Virus record (IMG/VR): IMGVR_UViG_3300012925_000002
Reading direction: 5' to 3' (one strand)
DNA from: a virus
Length of the DNA stretch: 56,016 nucleotides
A model generated the notes under the pieces. That model saw nothing but the letters and a program-made list of their open reading frames with translations, was not told the origin of the DNA and did not search any database. Positions 8,223-18,842 of the stretch are shown here, one piece after another (position 1 is the stretch's first letter; every line of letters starts with the position of its first letter). The position numbers and the translations under genes are program-made.

Positions 8223-10823
8223 ATGCCAACGCTTAACATCGAAGGCAAAAAGATCAATGTCGACGACAGCTTTTTGCAAATGTCGAGTGAGCAGCAACAT
8301 GCTGCGGTCGATGAGATTGTGAAGTCTCAAAAGGGTTCGTCTGCCACCGGTAAAAGCATCACCGAGCGTATGCAATATGCGTGGGATAATGCAACAAAGG
8401 GCGGCCCGTTGTGGCTCGCCAAAGAGTTCGTCCAGGGAGCTAGGGGGGCTGTTGAAGGGTCAATAGCTGCGACGTCCACTCCTCAAACCGAGGAAGAACA
8501 ATTTCAACAGAATGAAGGTCGTAAACAGGGCCCGGGAGAAGCATTTCGAGCTGCATCCGTTATTGGGCCGGCCGCTCCAAAAGGCACAGGGGGGATATTC
8601 GCGGCGCCGATGGCGGCCCCGTCCGCAGCAGCGCGTATGCCCGTTGCCGCGGCCACGGGCTCACCAGCTAAGGTTGAGGGCCTGCCTGTACTTCAAGCCG
8701 CAGAGCGCTTGTCGGATGTCACTGGATCAGACGTTGCCGTACCTCGAGCTATTGCGAGCGATAGCACTGCGGTGCAGCGCGCCGGGCAGGGTGTGCGCAA
8801 CGTTCCGCTGGTGGGAGATGCAATCCCGAAGGCAACACAAAACCTAACGGACAGTCTTTCCGGCGCCACCCGAAGCATTGCCGATCAATATGGTTCTGGC
8901 TCCGGTCCGAACATAGCAAACCGGATTGGCCGATCGGTCGTGGATGCGGCGGAATCAGAAACCGCAGCCGCAAGCGGTGTAGCGCGGCAATCCGATGAGG
9001 TTGTGCGCGCGGCATGGCAGCGCGATGTTGATGCAGCGCACCGAAATGTAGCCGGTCGTGAGACTCAATCGCTCGAAGATGTTCGCGCCGCGGTCGGCGA
9101 TATGTCGCCGCAGGATATGGGGGTGAGGCTGATCGATAGATTGCGCACCTCGGAGCGTGAAGCCAGAATAAATAAGGACACTCTATATGACCAAGCCGGT
9201 CGTGCGGATGCATCGATCCGGGTCGAAGAAGTACACAACGCCAGACCGTATATTGTCGAGGGACTGGAAAACGCGGGCGTCGTCATTGATGCACAACTTA
9301 CCCCTGCCGCCAATCGAATGCTCGACGAGGTTGAGCGAATTGCGCAGTTGAACATTCCAAACCGGGCACAGTTGGCAAGGCCGGCCGCGGCTGGTGACGA
9401 GCGCGTTGGCGTCACAGTGCAGGGGATCGAGCAGGCACGAAAGCGGCTTGTCAGCATTCGTCAGGCGGCCAACAACGATTCTGATCGCCGCGCATCCCGT
9501 CTTGTGATGGATCGTTTCGACGATTGGCAATCGCATGCCTTCGAGAACGCGCTGCTTTCGGGGGATGACCGTGCTCTCGCTGTATTTCGGCAAGCTCGAG
9601 CCGCAAACACGGAATGGCGCAATCGCTTCTTCAACGACGAAGACGATGCCGGTCGGTTGGTAAACCGGATCGTTACCGGCGAGGTGACGCCACAGGAGGT
9701 TGCCAACTACATGGTGGGTGCCGGCCAGGTCGGTGCCAAGGGTGTTTCCTCACGCCTTCTGACGGCGATCGAGAGGGCTACTGGCAATGACCCGGAAGCC
9801 ATGCAGGCCATTGACGGCGCAATCTGGAACAGGTTGTCCCAGACCACGGAAGGCACTCCAGCGAAACCGGCGACGACTACGGCAAAAGACATCATGGAAT
9901 TTCTGTACGGCTCGGGGCGCGACGTTGCCGAGCGTCGTTTCTCGCCAGAGCAGCGCCGGCTGATGCGAGCCTATGCCGACACCTTGCGTAATGGCCAAGA
10001 TGCGCGGCAATTGATTGGGGAATTGGCCGAGACGACGCGACCTGACGCTATGCCAGTACCGCATGGACCGATGAAACAGCTTGCGGATTCTGTGATCGGG
10101 CGCGGTCAAAAGAGCGACGAGGCGCTGTTTTCGGCAATCGATTCCTATGCGAAGTCAGGAAGTCGGGGGGATGTTGCAACACTCGCCAAACTTGTGCGGG
10201 CTATCCCCCAGGAAGATAGAACCGACCTAGCTGGCGCGATCATCCGCAACCTTGGTGTCTCTCCGCGCACGGGGCAGTTTTCTCCCGACGTTTTTGTGTC
10301 GCAATGGAGTTCTTACAGCCCGCAGGCCAAAGCGGTTCTGTTTGGGAACGCCGGGAAACAACGTCAAGCGCTCGACGACATTGCGATGATTTCGCAGCGG
10401 CTTAAGGAAGTAGGTTCGAAATTCGGGAATCCGTCTGGTTCGGGCCAGACGGTCAATGCTGCAGGGCTCGCCGCTACGGCTGTGACCGCAGGCACGGCAA
10501 TTGCGCATGGTGACATTGTCACGCCGATTGCGATCCTAGGCGGCGTGTTGGGCGGTACCGTCCTCGCCAAAGTGCTGGCGGCGCCCGCGACTGCATCGAG
10601 CGCGGCCAAATGGGCGGCGGCTTACGAGAGCCTGATCACGAAGCCTTCAGCCGGAACCGTTGGGCTATTCAGGATCGCGTCACGCAACCTTGCGGGAACG
10701 GCAAAGGCGATCGGCGTCAAGGCCTCACCCAACGACTTCATGAGGGGACTTCAGTTGCCCGACCATGTGATGCGGTCGCTGCAGGGCCCGATGCCAAGCA
10801 GCGCCCAGGACGAAAAGAGCTAA
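8223..10823 (+). CDS. Large internal virion/ejection protein candidate
   Basis: 866 aa. C-terminal Gly/Ala-rich hydrophobic segments (..AAGLAATAVTAGTAIA..ILGGVLGGTVLAKVLAA..). Function suggested by position only. Confidence 0.55.
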   Translation: MPTLNIEGKKINVDDSFLQMSSEQQHAAVDEIVKSQKGSSATGKSITERMQYAWDNATKGGPLWLAKEFVQGARGAVEGSIAATSTPQTEEEQFQQNEGRKQGPGEAFRAASVIGPAAPKGTGGIFAAPMAAPSAAARMPVAAATGSPAKVEGLPVLQAAERLSDVTGSDVAVPRAIASDSTAVQRAGQGVRNVPLVGDAIPKATQNLTDSLSGATRSIADQYGSGSGPNIANRIGRSVVDAAESETAAASGVARQSDEVVRAAWQRDVDAAHRNVAGRETQSLEDVRAAVGDMSPQDMGVRLIDRLRTSEREARINKDTLYDQAGRADASIRVEEVHNARPYIVEGLENAGVVIDAQLTPAANRMLDEVERIAQLNIPNRAQLARPAAAGDERVGVTVQGIEQARKRLVSIRQAANNDSDRRASRLVMDRFDDWQSHAFENALLSGDDRALAVFRQARAANTEWRNRFFNDEDDAGRLVNRIVTGEVTPQEVANYMVGAGQVGAKGVSSRLLTAIERATGNDPEAMQAIDGAIWNRLSQTTEGTPAKPATTTAKDIMEFLYGSGRDVAERRFSPEQRRLMRAYADTLRNGQDARQLIGELAETTRPDAMPVPHGPMKQLADSVIGRGQKSDEALFSAIDSYAKSGSRGDVATLAKLVRAIPQEDRTDLAGAIIRNLGVSPRTGQFSPDVFVSQWSSYSPQAKAVLFGNAGKQRQALDDIAMISQRLKEVGSKFGNPSGSGQTVNAAGLAATAVTAGTAIAHGDIVTPIAILGGVLGGTVLAKVLAAPATASSAAKWAAAYESLITKPSAGTVGLFRIASRNLAGTAKAIGVKASPNDFMRGLQLPDHVMRSLQGPMPSSAQDEKS

Positions 10824-10954
10824 CCCATAGGGGTAGCTGACACAGAGCCAAGCTGCGGCCATAGCGGCGGTCAAAGCGTATTGCATCCGACAAAACTACC
10901 CGCGGCACGGACTCCACGCAACCACGGCCCTCAATTCTCACGGGAAATCTTAAC

Positions 10955-12040
10955 ATGACGCTTCTCAAGCGGCTGAAATTGCTAGCAATTGTCGCTTTAT
11001 GCCTGGCGTCGGCGCCCGTCCATGCCGCCGGCACCACCCCGCTCGCCCTGGTCCCACAGGTTGATTCGTCCGGCAATGTCGCCTCGGGCTGCCTGCTCAG
11101 CTTCTTCGTTGCGGGTACGGTCGGCACGCCGCAGAATGCCTTTGCTGACTTTGGGCTGACCCAGCCGCTCTCCAACCCCTTAAGCTGCGACCAGGCAGGC
11201 CGGGTGCCCATGCACTGGCTGGCGGACGGGCTGATCCATATCCGTTTGACGGATTCAGGCGGCTCGCCGCTGGTCGATACCACGATGCAGGTGCTGGGCC
11301 CGTCGAGTGGTGGTGGTGGTGGTGGTGGCACGGTTGATCCGACAACGGTGCTTGCCACCGGCGATCTCAAGGCAAGGTACGGTACGGGCCCCCTCACAGG
11401 CTTTGCCCGCACCAATGGCCTGACGATCGGCAACGCAACAAGCGGCGCAACCGAGCGCGCGAATGCGGACACGCAGGCGCTGTTCATTTATCTCTATGGT
11501 GTCGATTCAAATCTCGTTGTAGCGCCTGGCGGCCGTAGCGGTAACGCGTTGAATGACTACAATGCGAACAAGACCATCGCGCTGCCCGATTGGTCGGGCC
11601 GCACGCTTGCAGCGCTTGATGACCAGGGCGCCGGCGCGAAAGGAAGACTGACCGCCACGTATTTCGGAACAACGAGCGTTGGCGGGTGTCTCGCAAGCAC
11701 ATTGGGATGCTTTGGCGGATCTGAAAGCCAGACGCTTGCCGTCAACCAATTGCCTGCGGGGATCACGTCAAGTGCCCTCAACTCCATATCGGTCGCTCCG
11801 GGAGGTGGTGGTACCGGCATTCCATTAACCTCGACGCCTGCGAACGTCAGCGCCGCTTCGGTAGCGAACTGCGGCGGCGGGGGTTGCGTTGTTGTTCCGG
11901 CCTCGAATTCTGGCAGTTGGGGCGCCACTTCGACGTTTAGCGGCAACAATACCATCCATGTCACGTCAGACAACACCAGCGGCGCGGCGCACCCGATCGT
12001 ATCTCCGGTAGGGCTCGCAACCATCTACATCAAGCTCTGA
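10955..12040 (+). CDS. Tail-fibre-like protein with collar-like domain and Sec signal peptide
   Basis: MTLLKRLKLLAIVALCLASAPVHA|AG. Gly6 linker. ..NKTIALPDWSGRTLAALDD.. resembles the phage tail-collar motif ALPDLRGR. 6 Cys in the mature part. Confidence 0.65.
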   Translation: MTLLKRLKLLAIVALCLASAPVHAAGTTPLALVPQVDSSGNVASGCLLSFFVAGTVGTPQNAFADFGLTQPLSNPLSCDQAGRVPMHWLADGLIHIRLTDSGGSPLVDTTMQVLGPSSGGGGGGGTVDPTTVLATGDLKARYGTGPLTGFARTNGLTIGNATSGATERANADTQALFIYLYGVDSNLVVAPGGRSGNALNDYNANKTIALPDWSGRTLAALDDQGAGAKGRLTATYFGTTSVGGCLASTLGCFGGSESQTLAVNQLPAGITSSALNSISVAPGGGGTGIPLTSTPANVSAASVANCGGGGCVVVPASNSGSWGATSTFSGNNTIHVTSDNTSGAAHPIVSPVGLATIYIKL

Positions 12041-12747
12041 TGTACGCGAACCCCGTTCTTTTCCCCGAGCAGACCAACCGCGAAGACTTTCTTCGCACGG
12101 TCAGTCTGTTCGATGACGATACCGGCGAGGCGATCGATCTTTCGGGGCGGACATTGGCGCAACCGGGAGATTTTGCCGGCAGCAATTGGACGGTGACCTC
12201 GGGCGTCATCGTCACCGCATCAGTCACGCCACTCACAATCAAGGACTATCCGTTCGGCAACGAGATGCAGGCGATCGCGCCTGTGGTCGAGCTCAACCTT
12301 GCAATCCTGGCTGGGGCGTCCGTGACAATCGCTGACCCGACCGGCAAAAACACCATGACCGGCTACGTGACCAGCTACGTGCCTTCGACCGGCGTCATGG
12401 TCTGCCAGATCGGTTCTGCGTTCCAATTCGAGATCCGGGGCTACCACCATCATCATGACGGCGGTTTTGGCGGGTTTTCGTCGGTCGGATCGATCGGCGA
12501 GGGCGGACCAATCATTGCAGCCCAGCTCGGCAACATGCTGACCGTCGTCGATCTTGGGCGCGTCGAGATCAGAATTCCGGCGTCGCTCATGGCTAAACTG
12601 GGGCACAAGACGTATGGCGCCGCGATGACAATGTTCGATGGTGCCGACACACGACAATTGTTTGTCGGCAAGCTGCCGATCATCAGCGGTGGTGTCACCT
12701 CCATGCCGGTTGCTCAACCTGCCTCCAACCCCTACGGCCTGCCATGA
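12040..12747 (+). CDS. Hypothetical late protein
   Basis: 235 aa. TGATG coupling to the upstream gene. No signal peptide. Confidence 0.55.
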   Translation: MYANPVLFPEQTNREDFLRTVSLFDDDTGEAIDLSGRTLAQPGDFAGSNWTVTSGVIVTASVTPLTIKDYPFGNEMQAIAPVVELNLAILAGASVTIADPTGKNTMTGYVTSYVPSTGVMVCQIGSAFQFEIRGYHHHHDGGFGGFSSVGSIGEGGPIIAAQLGNMLTVVDLGRVEIRIPASLMAKLGHKTYGAAMTMFDGADTRQLFVGKLPIISGGVTSMPVAQPASNPYGLP

Positions 12748-13286
12748 CGCTGCCAGCCAACATCCGCGTCAATACGGCGGCGCCGTTTCCGTCCAGGGTG
12801 ACGGGGTCAGGGCTTGTTGCTATTGCAAAGAACAATGGCGTTTGGACAGTCTCGATCAACTTTGCCGGCGTTGCAAAAACAGCTGTTCTGCCGGATCCGG
12901 CCAATACCTACGTTCCGGCGTGGAACGCATTGACCAATGTCGTCTCGATGGTGCCGATATCAGGCATCGACGCCGCGAGCCGCACGGTGAAAATCCTGAC
13001 CGGTGTCGGTGCGTTCACCTCACCCTATGCGGCGCTACCCGGCGATGACGTGCTGATTGTCAAACAGGCTGCGGGCGCGCCTTTCGCGGTCACGGTCGAT
13101 TGGTCGGCGCGGCTCAAGCCACTGCGCGTGGTCGACGGCAAGGGCGATGCGGCGATCAACAACATCACCATCACGCCGACTGCTGGCCAGACCCAATTTG
13201 CGGTGGTGAACTACTCCTACCCGATCGACGGCAATGGCGGATCGATCACGCTGACACCGCTGCCGGACGGCACCGGCGCTTACTAA
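12744..13286 (+). CDS. Hypothetical late protein
   Basis: 180 aa. ATGA overlap with the upstream gene. Confidence 0.55.
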   Translation: MTLPANIRVNTAAPFPSRVTGSGLVAIAKNNGVWTVSINFAGVAKTAVLPDPANTYVPAWNALTNVVSMVPISGIDAASRTVKILTGVGAFTSPYAALPGDDVLIVKQAAGAPFAVTVDWSARLKPLRVVDGKGDAAINNITITPTAGQTQFAVVNYSYPIDGNGGSITLTPLPDGTGAY

Positions 13287-13309
13287 AATCATCCAAGGAA
13301 TTTTTCAAC

Positions 13310-14773
13310 ATGAAGTTTCGCAGCATTCTTGTGCTGGCGCTTACGCTTTGCTGCGCGCCCGTGCACGCGCAGGTGACACCGGGCACGTCGCCTTTGACGG
13401 GACCGAAGGGCGGCACCAACAACGCGTTCATGCAGTTTACCGGGCCTGCCTCTTCGGTGAAGACCTACGCGCTTCCGAACACATCGGATACGCTCGCAAC
13501 GCTTGCCGCAAGCCAGGCGCTGACGAACAAGACAATCAACTGCGCCAGCAATACATGCAGCGTTCGGCTCGGTTCGGACGTCACCGGAAACCTGCCGGCC
13601 GCCAATTTGAATTCGGGGGCTGGCGCTTCTGCCTCGACCTTCTGGCGCGGGGATGGAGTATGGGCATCGCCTTTTCCTGGCTCCATAGGAACTCCGCTTT
13701 CCGCACCCACGACGCTCACGAACGCGGCTTGCAATACGATTGTGCCGCTGGCTGGCGCGGCGTTCTATGACGTCACGCTGACGGCAACATCGAATTACAC
13801 AACCGTTCCGTGCGTGATCGAGTTTCAGAACATCGATACGCGTGGAAAGCGCATCGTCGCACCTGGTGTCACCACGACGCGACTGCAGCCGGGCCAGTCT
13901 CTTAAGTATGAGGTCATCTCATCGGCTTGGAATGTGCCTGATTTGCAGCGCGTACAGCGATGGGCTGCAAATACCTATACCATTTATGTCGGAGGCGCTT
14001 CGCCGAGCGATACGGTCTCCGACGGGCTTGGTGGATGTGCCGGGTCTGGCAATTTTGCGACGCCGGCAGCTGCGCTGCAGTACGCCAAATTCAACATGGA
14101 CACGCAGGGCAACCCTGTGTTGGTGCAACTCTGCAATGGTACCTATCTCACTGCATCGACCATCAACTTCTTCGGCTCTCCTCTCGGCTATCATCTCGTG
14201 ACACTTCAGGGGGATTGCTCCAGCCTTCCTGCGACTGAGACCAATGTCGTCGTTCGCTATACGGGATTAGCGGGCGGGACATTGTTTCAGTCGCGCGATC
14301 TCGGGATTGCGATCGTGCAGTGTCTGACGGTGGATACCGTCAATACTCAGACTGATAAAGCTTTTTTTGCCGGGCAAGGCAGTGTGCTGGACGTAAACAG
14401 CGTCCGCACCGGAAACTTCTTGAGCATATTCGATGTAGATAATTTGGGCTCAACCAACATCTCCCAAGTCGGGACTCCTGGAGCTGGCAATCCCGGCATC
14501 TCCGCGGTGGTCGATTTCGGCAATTTTGCCCGGCTATTCGGTGCCACAAAATTTCTGTCTGGAACATGGATTGATGTAACGGGGCGCGCCATCGGGCAGA
14601 AATTCATCGACATAAAGGGCGCGGGAGCGAACGCCAATTTTAGCGGAGGCTTCAACGGCACCGCTACGGGGGCGCAGGGCAGTTGCGTCGATTACGGCGT
14701 CCTGACCATGAACGGGCTAACCATTCCGGGCACAGGCGCAGCCTACACCGCTACGAATTGCCAGACGCACTGA
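13310..14773 (+). CDS. Tail-fibre-like protein with Sec signal peptide
   Basis: RBS AAGGAA. MKFRSILVLALTLCCAPVHA|QV. Fibre hallmarks ..ALTNKTI.., ..VTGNLPAANL.., ..TFWRGDGVWASP... 10 Cys in the mature part. Confidence 0.7.
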   Translation: MKFRSILVLALTLCCAPVHAQVTPGTSPLTGPKGGTNNAFMQFTGPASSVKTYALPNTSDTLATLAASQALTNKTINCASNTCSVRLGSDVTGNLPAANLNSGAGASASTFWRGDGVWASPFPGSIGTPLSAPTTLTNAACNTIVPLAGAAFYDVTLTATSNYTTVPCVIEFQNIDTRGKRIVAPGVTTTRLQPGQSLKYEVISSAWNVPDLQRVQRWAANTYTIYVGGASPSDTVSDGLGGCAGSGNFATPAAALQYAKFNMDTQGNPVLVQLCNGTYLTASTINFFGSPLGYHLVTLQGDCSSLPATETNVVVRYTGLAGGTLFQSRDLGIAIVQCLTVDTVNTQTDKAFFAGQGSVLDVNSVRTGNFLSIFDVDNLGSTNISQVGTPGAGNPGISAVVDFGNFARLFGATKFLSGTWIDVTGRAIGQKFIDIKGAGANANFSGGFNGTATGAQGSCVDYGVLTMNGLTIPGTGAAYTATNCQTH

Positions 14774-14843
14774 GAGAAGCGGATCTGCCAGCTCGCGCTT
14801 GACACGCTCAATCGGCGCGGCTCATCACCAGAGGACATCCAAA

Positions 14844-15311
14844 ATGAGAATGATTTCCCGCTTTTTCGTGGCGCTTGTGTTTGCGCTGTTGTGGTCGAGT
14901 GCATCCTTCGCACAATCGAGCTTCCCGACCGTTGGCGGCAGCAATGTCGATGGCAAGGTCGAGATGTGCTGGAATGGTACTGTGGCAGTGCCGTGTGGTG
15001 GTGCGGCGAGCGCCGCGCCGACCAATATCTCAGCCGCAACCAGCGGTACACCGAGTACGGCCACAGCGCTGCTGGCCAGCGGCACGCACAACAAGGTCAT
15101 CCTCAAGGTAGAGGGCGCCACCGCGGTCTGCTTTTCGCAGTTCGGCACGGCCGTGATCGGCGCGGCCGGCACCTGGTGCCTGAAGGGGGCGTCCAGCGCC
15201 AATGCCGGCGACGGCGGCTCGTATTCGACGCCTGACGGCATGACCGAGCCGAACGCGATTTCAATGATCAGTACGGGTACATCGGTGCTGGTGACCGGGT
15301 GGTGGCAGTGA
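14844..15311 (+). CDS. Exported hypothetical protein (4 Cys)
   Basis: RBS GAGGA. MRMISRFFVALVFALLWSSASFA|QS. Confidence 0.55.
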   Translation: MRMISRFFVALVFALLWSSASFAQSSFPTVGGSNVDGKVEMCWNGTVAVPCGGAASAAPTNISAATSGTPSTATALLASGTHNKVILKVEGATAVCFSQFGTAVIGAAGTWCLKGASSANAGDGGSYSTPDGMTEPNAISMISTGTSVLVTGWWQ

Positions 15312-15526
15312 TGCCCCGACGTTGGATTGCCGGCGGCACCGCGCTGCTGCTGGCGGCGCTGGCGGGAGGCGCGGCATTCGCGCAGTTCAACGGCTGCCCG
15401 GCAGGATTTTGCGGTGTGTCCGCGGGCGTGACCCCACCACCGCCTACTTGCTCCAACTCGCTCGATTTAACCGATCAATGCAACAGCCAATACGCGGGAG
15501 CGTTGGCGGGAGGACTTGCCCCATGA
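15311..15526 (+). CDS. Small exported Cys-rich protein (71 aa)
   Basis: ATGA overlaps on both sides. MPRRWIAGGTALLLAALAGGAAFA|QFNGCPAGFCG..TCSNSLDLTDQC. Confidence 0.5.
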   Translation: MPRRWIAGGTALLLAALAGGAAFAQFNGCPAGFCGVSAGVTPPPPTCSNSLDLTDQCNSQYAGALAGGLAP

Positions 15527-15996
15527 AACGTCTCACAGCGCTACTGCTCTCATCCGCGCTTATTGCCCACGCGCTGATGACGTCCCCGGCATTTGCGGCC
15601 GACAACACCATCGTGCTGACGCCTGGGACTGGCGTCACGATGAAATCCCGCGATGTCGGCTCCGGCGTGCAGTCGCCGCAGCCTTCCGCGTATTTCGGCG
15701 CGGCGCAGCTCTCCAGCGCGGTGGTCAGCGCGGCCTCGAGCGGCAACAACACGCTGGTGACCCGATCTGTCGGCATCATCAAGGTCTACGGCATCTTCTT
15801 TGCCTGCGCCTCGGCGGTGGTGGCCACGCTGCAGAACGGGACCTCGACCGGCGTCACCGGCGCCATGACGGTCAACACCTTCATGCTGCCGATTTCCGGC
15901 GAGCCGTACTTCACGACCACCAGCACCAACAATTTCGTGCTGAACCTCGGCTCCGCAGTGCAGTGCTCCGGCACGGTCTATTACCTGGACAACTGA
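15523..15996 (+). CDS. Exported hypothetical protein (2 Cys)
   Basis: MKRLTALLLSSALIAHALMTSPAFA|AD. ATGA coupling. Confidence 0.55.
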   Translation: MKRLTALLLSSALIAHALMTSPAFAADNTIVLTPGTGVTMKSRDVGSGVQSPQPSAYFGAAQLSSAVVSAASSGNNTLVTRSVGIIKVYGIFFACASAVVATLQNGTSTGVTGAMTVNTFMLPISGEPYFTTTSTNNFVLNLGSAVQCSGTVYYLDN

Positions 15997-15997
15997 C

Positions 15998-16930
15998 ATG
16001 AACCTGCGCAGCATTCTCGCATTTCTTTTCCTCGCGCTGCTTTACGTCTGCCCCGCCGATGCCGCATCGCGGTTCGGTGTCTGCACGGTTACCTGCACAT
16101 GGGATGGCGCCAGCACGGCGATGTGGTCGGCATCCACCGGCGGCGCCACCGGCGCGTCCGTGCCCGGCTCGGCTGATACCGTGACCTTCGACGCCGCTAC
16201 CTGCGTCGGCGGTGTAACCTGCACGATCACCGTCAACACCACGGTGGCGGTGCAGTCGATCACCTTCGGCGCCTGCACCGCATCGACGACCGGCTGCATT
16301 CTCGATTTCAGCGTCAACAACAATAATGTGACGCTGACGGCCAACGGTGGATTCAGCGGCACCGGCACCGGCACGCGCAACCTGAAGATGGGGAGCGGTA
16401 CATGGACGCTAAGCGGAATCGCCACTGCGTGGAACATGGCAACCACCACCAACCTGACATTCGCGGCGAATAGCTCGACCATCTCCATGACCGGCGTCAG
16501 TGCGGCCTTTTTCGTGGCGTTCAGCGGTGGCGGGCTTAGCTACAGCATCGTCAATTTCACCGCCAACAATGGCGTCAATGTCCTGGGGTCCAACACGTTC
16601 GCGACGCTGGGTATCACCGGGCCGAACATTCTGGAATTCCCGACCAGCGGGACGACGACGGTCACCAATGCCTTCACTTTGACGGGTACGACGACCAAGC
16701 TGATCTCTTTCATGACCAACAACGTCATCACGCCGGCGCACACGATCAGCGTCGGCAGCGGCACGGCGACATGCATGTGGTGCTCGTTCCGCTCGATGAC
16801 GTTCTCGGGCGGCGCGACGTTTACCGCCTCCAACAGCTTTGACATGGGGTCCAACACCGGCATCACGATCACGGCGCCATCGGGCGGCGGGGCTTCCCAG
16901 AGTATCGATGTGCGACCGGGGATTCAATAA
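15998..16930 (+). CDS. Exported repeat/beta-helix-like protein (8 paired Cys)
   Basis: MNLRSILAFLFLALLYVCPADA|AS. Cys pairs CTVTC, CVGGVTC, CTASTTGC, CMWC. T/G/N-rich repeats. Confidence 0.6.
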   Translation: MNLRSILAFLFLALLYVCPADAASRFGVCTVTCTWDGASTAMWSASTGGATGASVPGSADTVTFDAATCVGGVTCTITVNTTVAVQSITFGACTASTTGCILDFSVNNNNVTLTANGGFSGTGTGTRNLKMGSGTWTLSGIATAWNMATTTNLTFAANSSTISMTGVSAAFFVAFSGGGLSYSIVNFTANNGVNVLGSNTFATLGITGPNILEFPTSGTTTVTNAFTLTGTTTKLISFMTNNVITPAHTISVGSGTATCMWCSFRSMTFSGGATFTASNSFDMGSNTGITITAPSGGGASQSIDVRPGIQ

Positions 16931-16931
16931 G

Positions 16932-18809
16932 ATGTTCAGAATTCTTCTTTCCTTCCTGTTGGCGATTGTCGCTCCGGCGCAGGTATCGGCGCAATTTGCC
17001 AACAGCTATGGCACATCCGGATTTACCTCCGGCGGCAGCGGCGGTAGCGTAACGCCGACGACAATCTCCGGCGCAACCCGCGCGCAGGTGCCGTTCGATA
17101 CCGGAGCGGTCGGCACCAACCATATTATTTCGACCCGCATCTATGACTTTCCGATGCAGACCTGCACGGCTCCGCAGGCCGATTACGCCAACATCTGGGT
17201 CAATGCCGCGATCGCAGGTGCGGGCCAGGAAACCGCACTCGGCACCTCGACCAATCTCAAAATCTCCTATCTGACCGGGGTCAACGCCACCCAAGCCAAT
17301 ACAGCGGCCGGCTACAACCAGTCCGGCGCGACATTGGTTCAGGTGACGTGGAGCAATGTCGTCAACGACAGCACGGCGGCTGGTAATATCCAGAAGCTGG
17401 ATGACACGGTGACGCCATCGACGCTGACGCCAAAAACCTTCGCGCAGATGCAGGCCGATGGCGGCGCGATCTCCGGCAACACGCTGACGGTGCCGAGCGG
17501 CTACGTCGTCACTCACGACCCCGCGGTGGGCGTGACGCTGACGGCCCAGACCGCCTATGCGATCCAGCTCGAGAGCGACCGGCCGGTGCAGCAGACCGCA
17601 CTGACGGCGGTTCAGGTCGGTACTACAGTCACGATCACGGTCGCAAGCACGGCGAACTACCGCACCGGCAACAAGCTGAACTTCTCCGGCTTCACGCCAT
17701 CGACCTATAACACCACGGCCTCGACGCCGGCGACGATCACGGTGGTGGATGGCACCACGTTGACTTATCAGCGTACCGCCGGCCTTGGCGCCGTCACGGT
17801 GCTCGGCAACATCCAGTCCACCAAACCCAACACGGTACGATCGCAATCGACGGTTGCCACCAACGGGTTTGGCGACATCCAGGCCACCTCAACCGCCGCG
17901 GCCTCGACCCCGAACACCAGCACGAACTGGTCGGCCTTCAACACCAGCATCACTGGCGACAACGCCAGCATGGAAGGTGTCGCCCGCGTCGCCTGCACCT
18001 CTGCGGCCGGCAAGAAGGTAATTGCCTTGTTCGGCGACAGTATCGCGGCGCAAGTCAACGATGCCAACCAAGCCAATCCGACCGGTAGCGTGATCAAGGG
18101 CGATCAATACGGCGCCACCGGCGCTTTCAAGCGCGCCTTCACGCTGGCTGGTTATCCGTTTTATTCGGTGGCCGTGCCTGGAACGGCGGCCAACACCGAA
18201 AACAGCTTCGGCGGCGGCCTGGTCCGGCAGTATCTCGCGCGGGGTGCGCACGGCCTGATGGTGGAGATGGTCCATAACGACGTCTCCGCGGCGGCAAACG
18301 GCGCGGCGCTCATTGCCATCGAAAAGACCTATTGGGCGACGCTGCGGGCGGCTGTGCCAACCTCTACCCGGCTGGTTGCGATCACGATGTCGCCGCTCAC
18401 GACACAGGTCAGCGGCAGTCAATGGAATGCGCGCAATGCCGGTGCCCAGTCGTGCACCGGTAGTTTTGCTTTGAGTGGCTTCGTCTACACGAGCTGGAAT
18501 CCGTACATCCTCGGCACGCTGGTGCCCGCCAATGGCGATCCGGATGCGGGGATTGATTTTGCGCAGTACCTGTCGAACGTGGGCGGCGGCGGCGCGACTG
18601 TTCCGATCGATTGCCTCTGGGTGGCAGACGGCACTCCGTTTTTCGGCACCGGCGACGGCACCCACGGCACGCTGAACACCTACTCTGCGGCGGCTGTGCC
18701 GATCGCGGCCGACCTGCCGACCAAGTTCTTCGTCAACTGGCTGCTCAAGCGCGACCTCGTTCCGGCATCGAACGACAACGATCCGATCTGGCTCGCCAAG
18801 GCGGCCTGA
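16932..18809 (+). CDS. Exported fibre/spike-like protein with C-terminal SGNH (GDSL) hydrolase domain
   Basis: MFRILLSFLLAIVAPAQVSA|QF. SGNH block I ..VIALFGDSIAAQ.., ..MVHNDV.., block V ..GDGTHGT.. (DxxH). Confidence 0.7.
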   Translation: MFRILLSFLLAIVAPAQVSAQFANSYGTSGFTSGGSGGSVTPTTISGATRAQVPFDTGAVGTNHIISTRIYDFPMQTCTAPQADYANIWVNAAIAGAGQETALGTSTNLKISYLTGVNATQANTAAGYNQSGATLVQVTWSNVVNDSTAAGNIQKLDDTVTPSTLTPKTFAQMQADGGAISGNTLTVPSGYVVTHDPAVGVTLTAQTAYAIQLESDRPVQQTALTAVQVGTTVTITVASTANYRTGNKLNFSGFTPSTYNTTASTPATITVVDGTTLTYQRTAGLGAVTVLGNIQSTKPNTVRSQSTVATNGFGDIQATSTAAASTPNTSTNWSAFNTSITGDNASMEGVARVACTSAAGKKVIALFGDSIAAQVNDANQANPTGSVIKGDQYGATGAFKRAFTLAGYPFYSVAVPGTAANTENSFGGGLVRQYLARGAHGLMVEMVHNDVSAAANGAALIAIEKTYWATLRAAVPTSTRLVAITMSPLTTQVSGSQWNARNAGAQSCTGSFALSGFVYTSWNPYILGTLVPANGDPDAGIDFAQYLSNVGGGGATVPIDCLWVADGTPFFGTGDGTHGTLNTYSAAAVPIAADLPTKFFVNWLLKRDLVPASNDNDPIWLAKAA

Positions 18810-18842
18810 TCCTTTTCCCTCATCATCCACTGGAGCAGATGC

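Noticed and set aside
11306-11325. (GGT)n microsatellite-like run.
   Set aside because: It encodes a Gly6 linker inside the fibre-like protein. It is short and in frame, with no evidence of a regulatory role.
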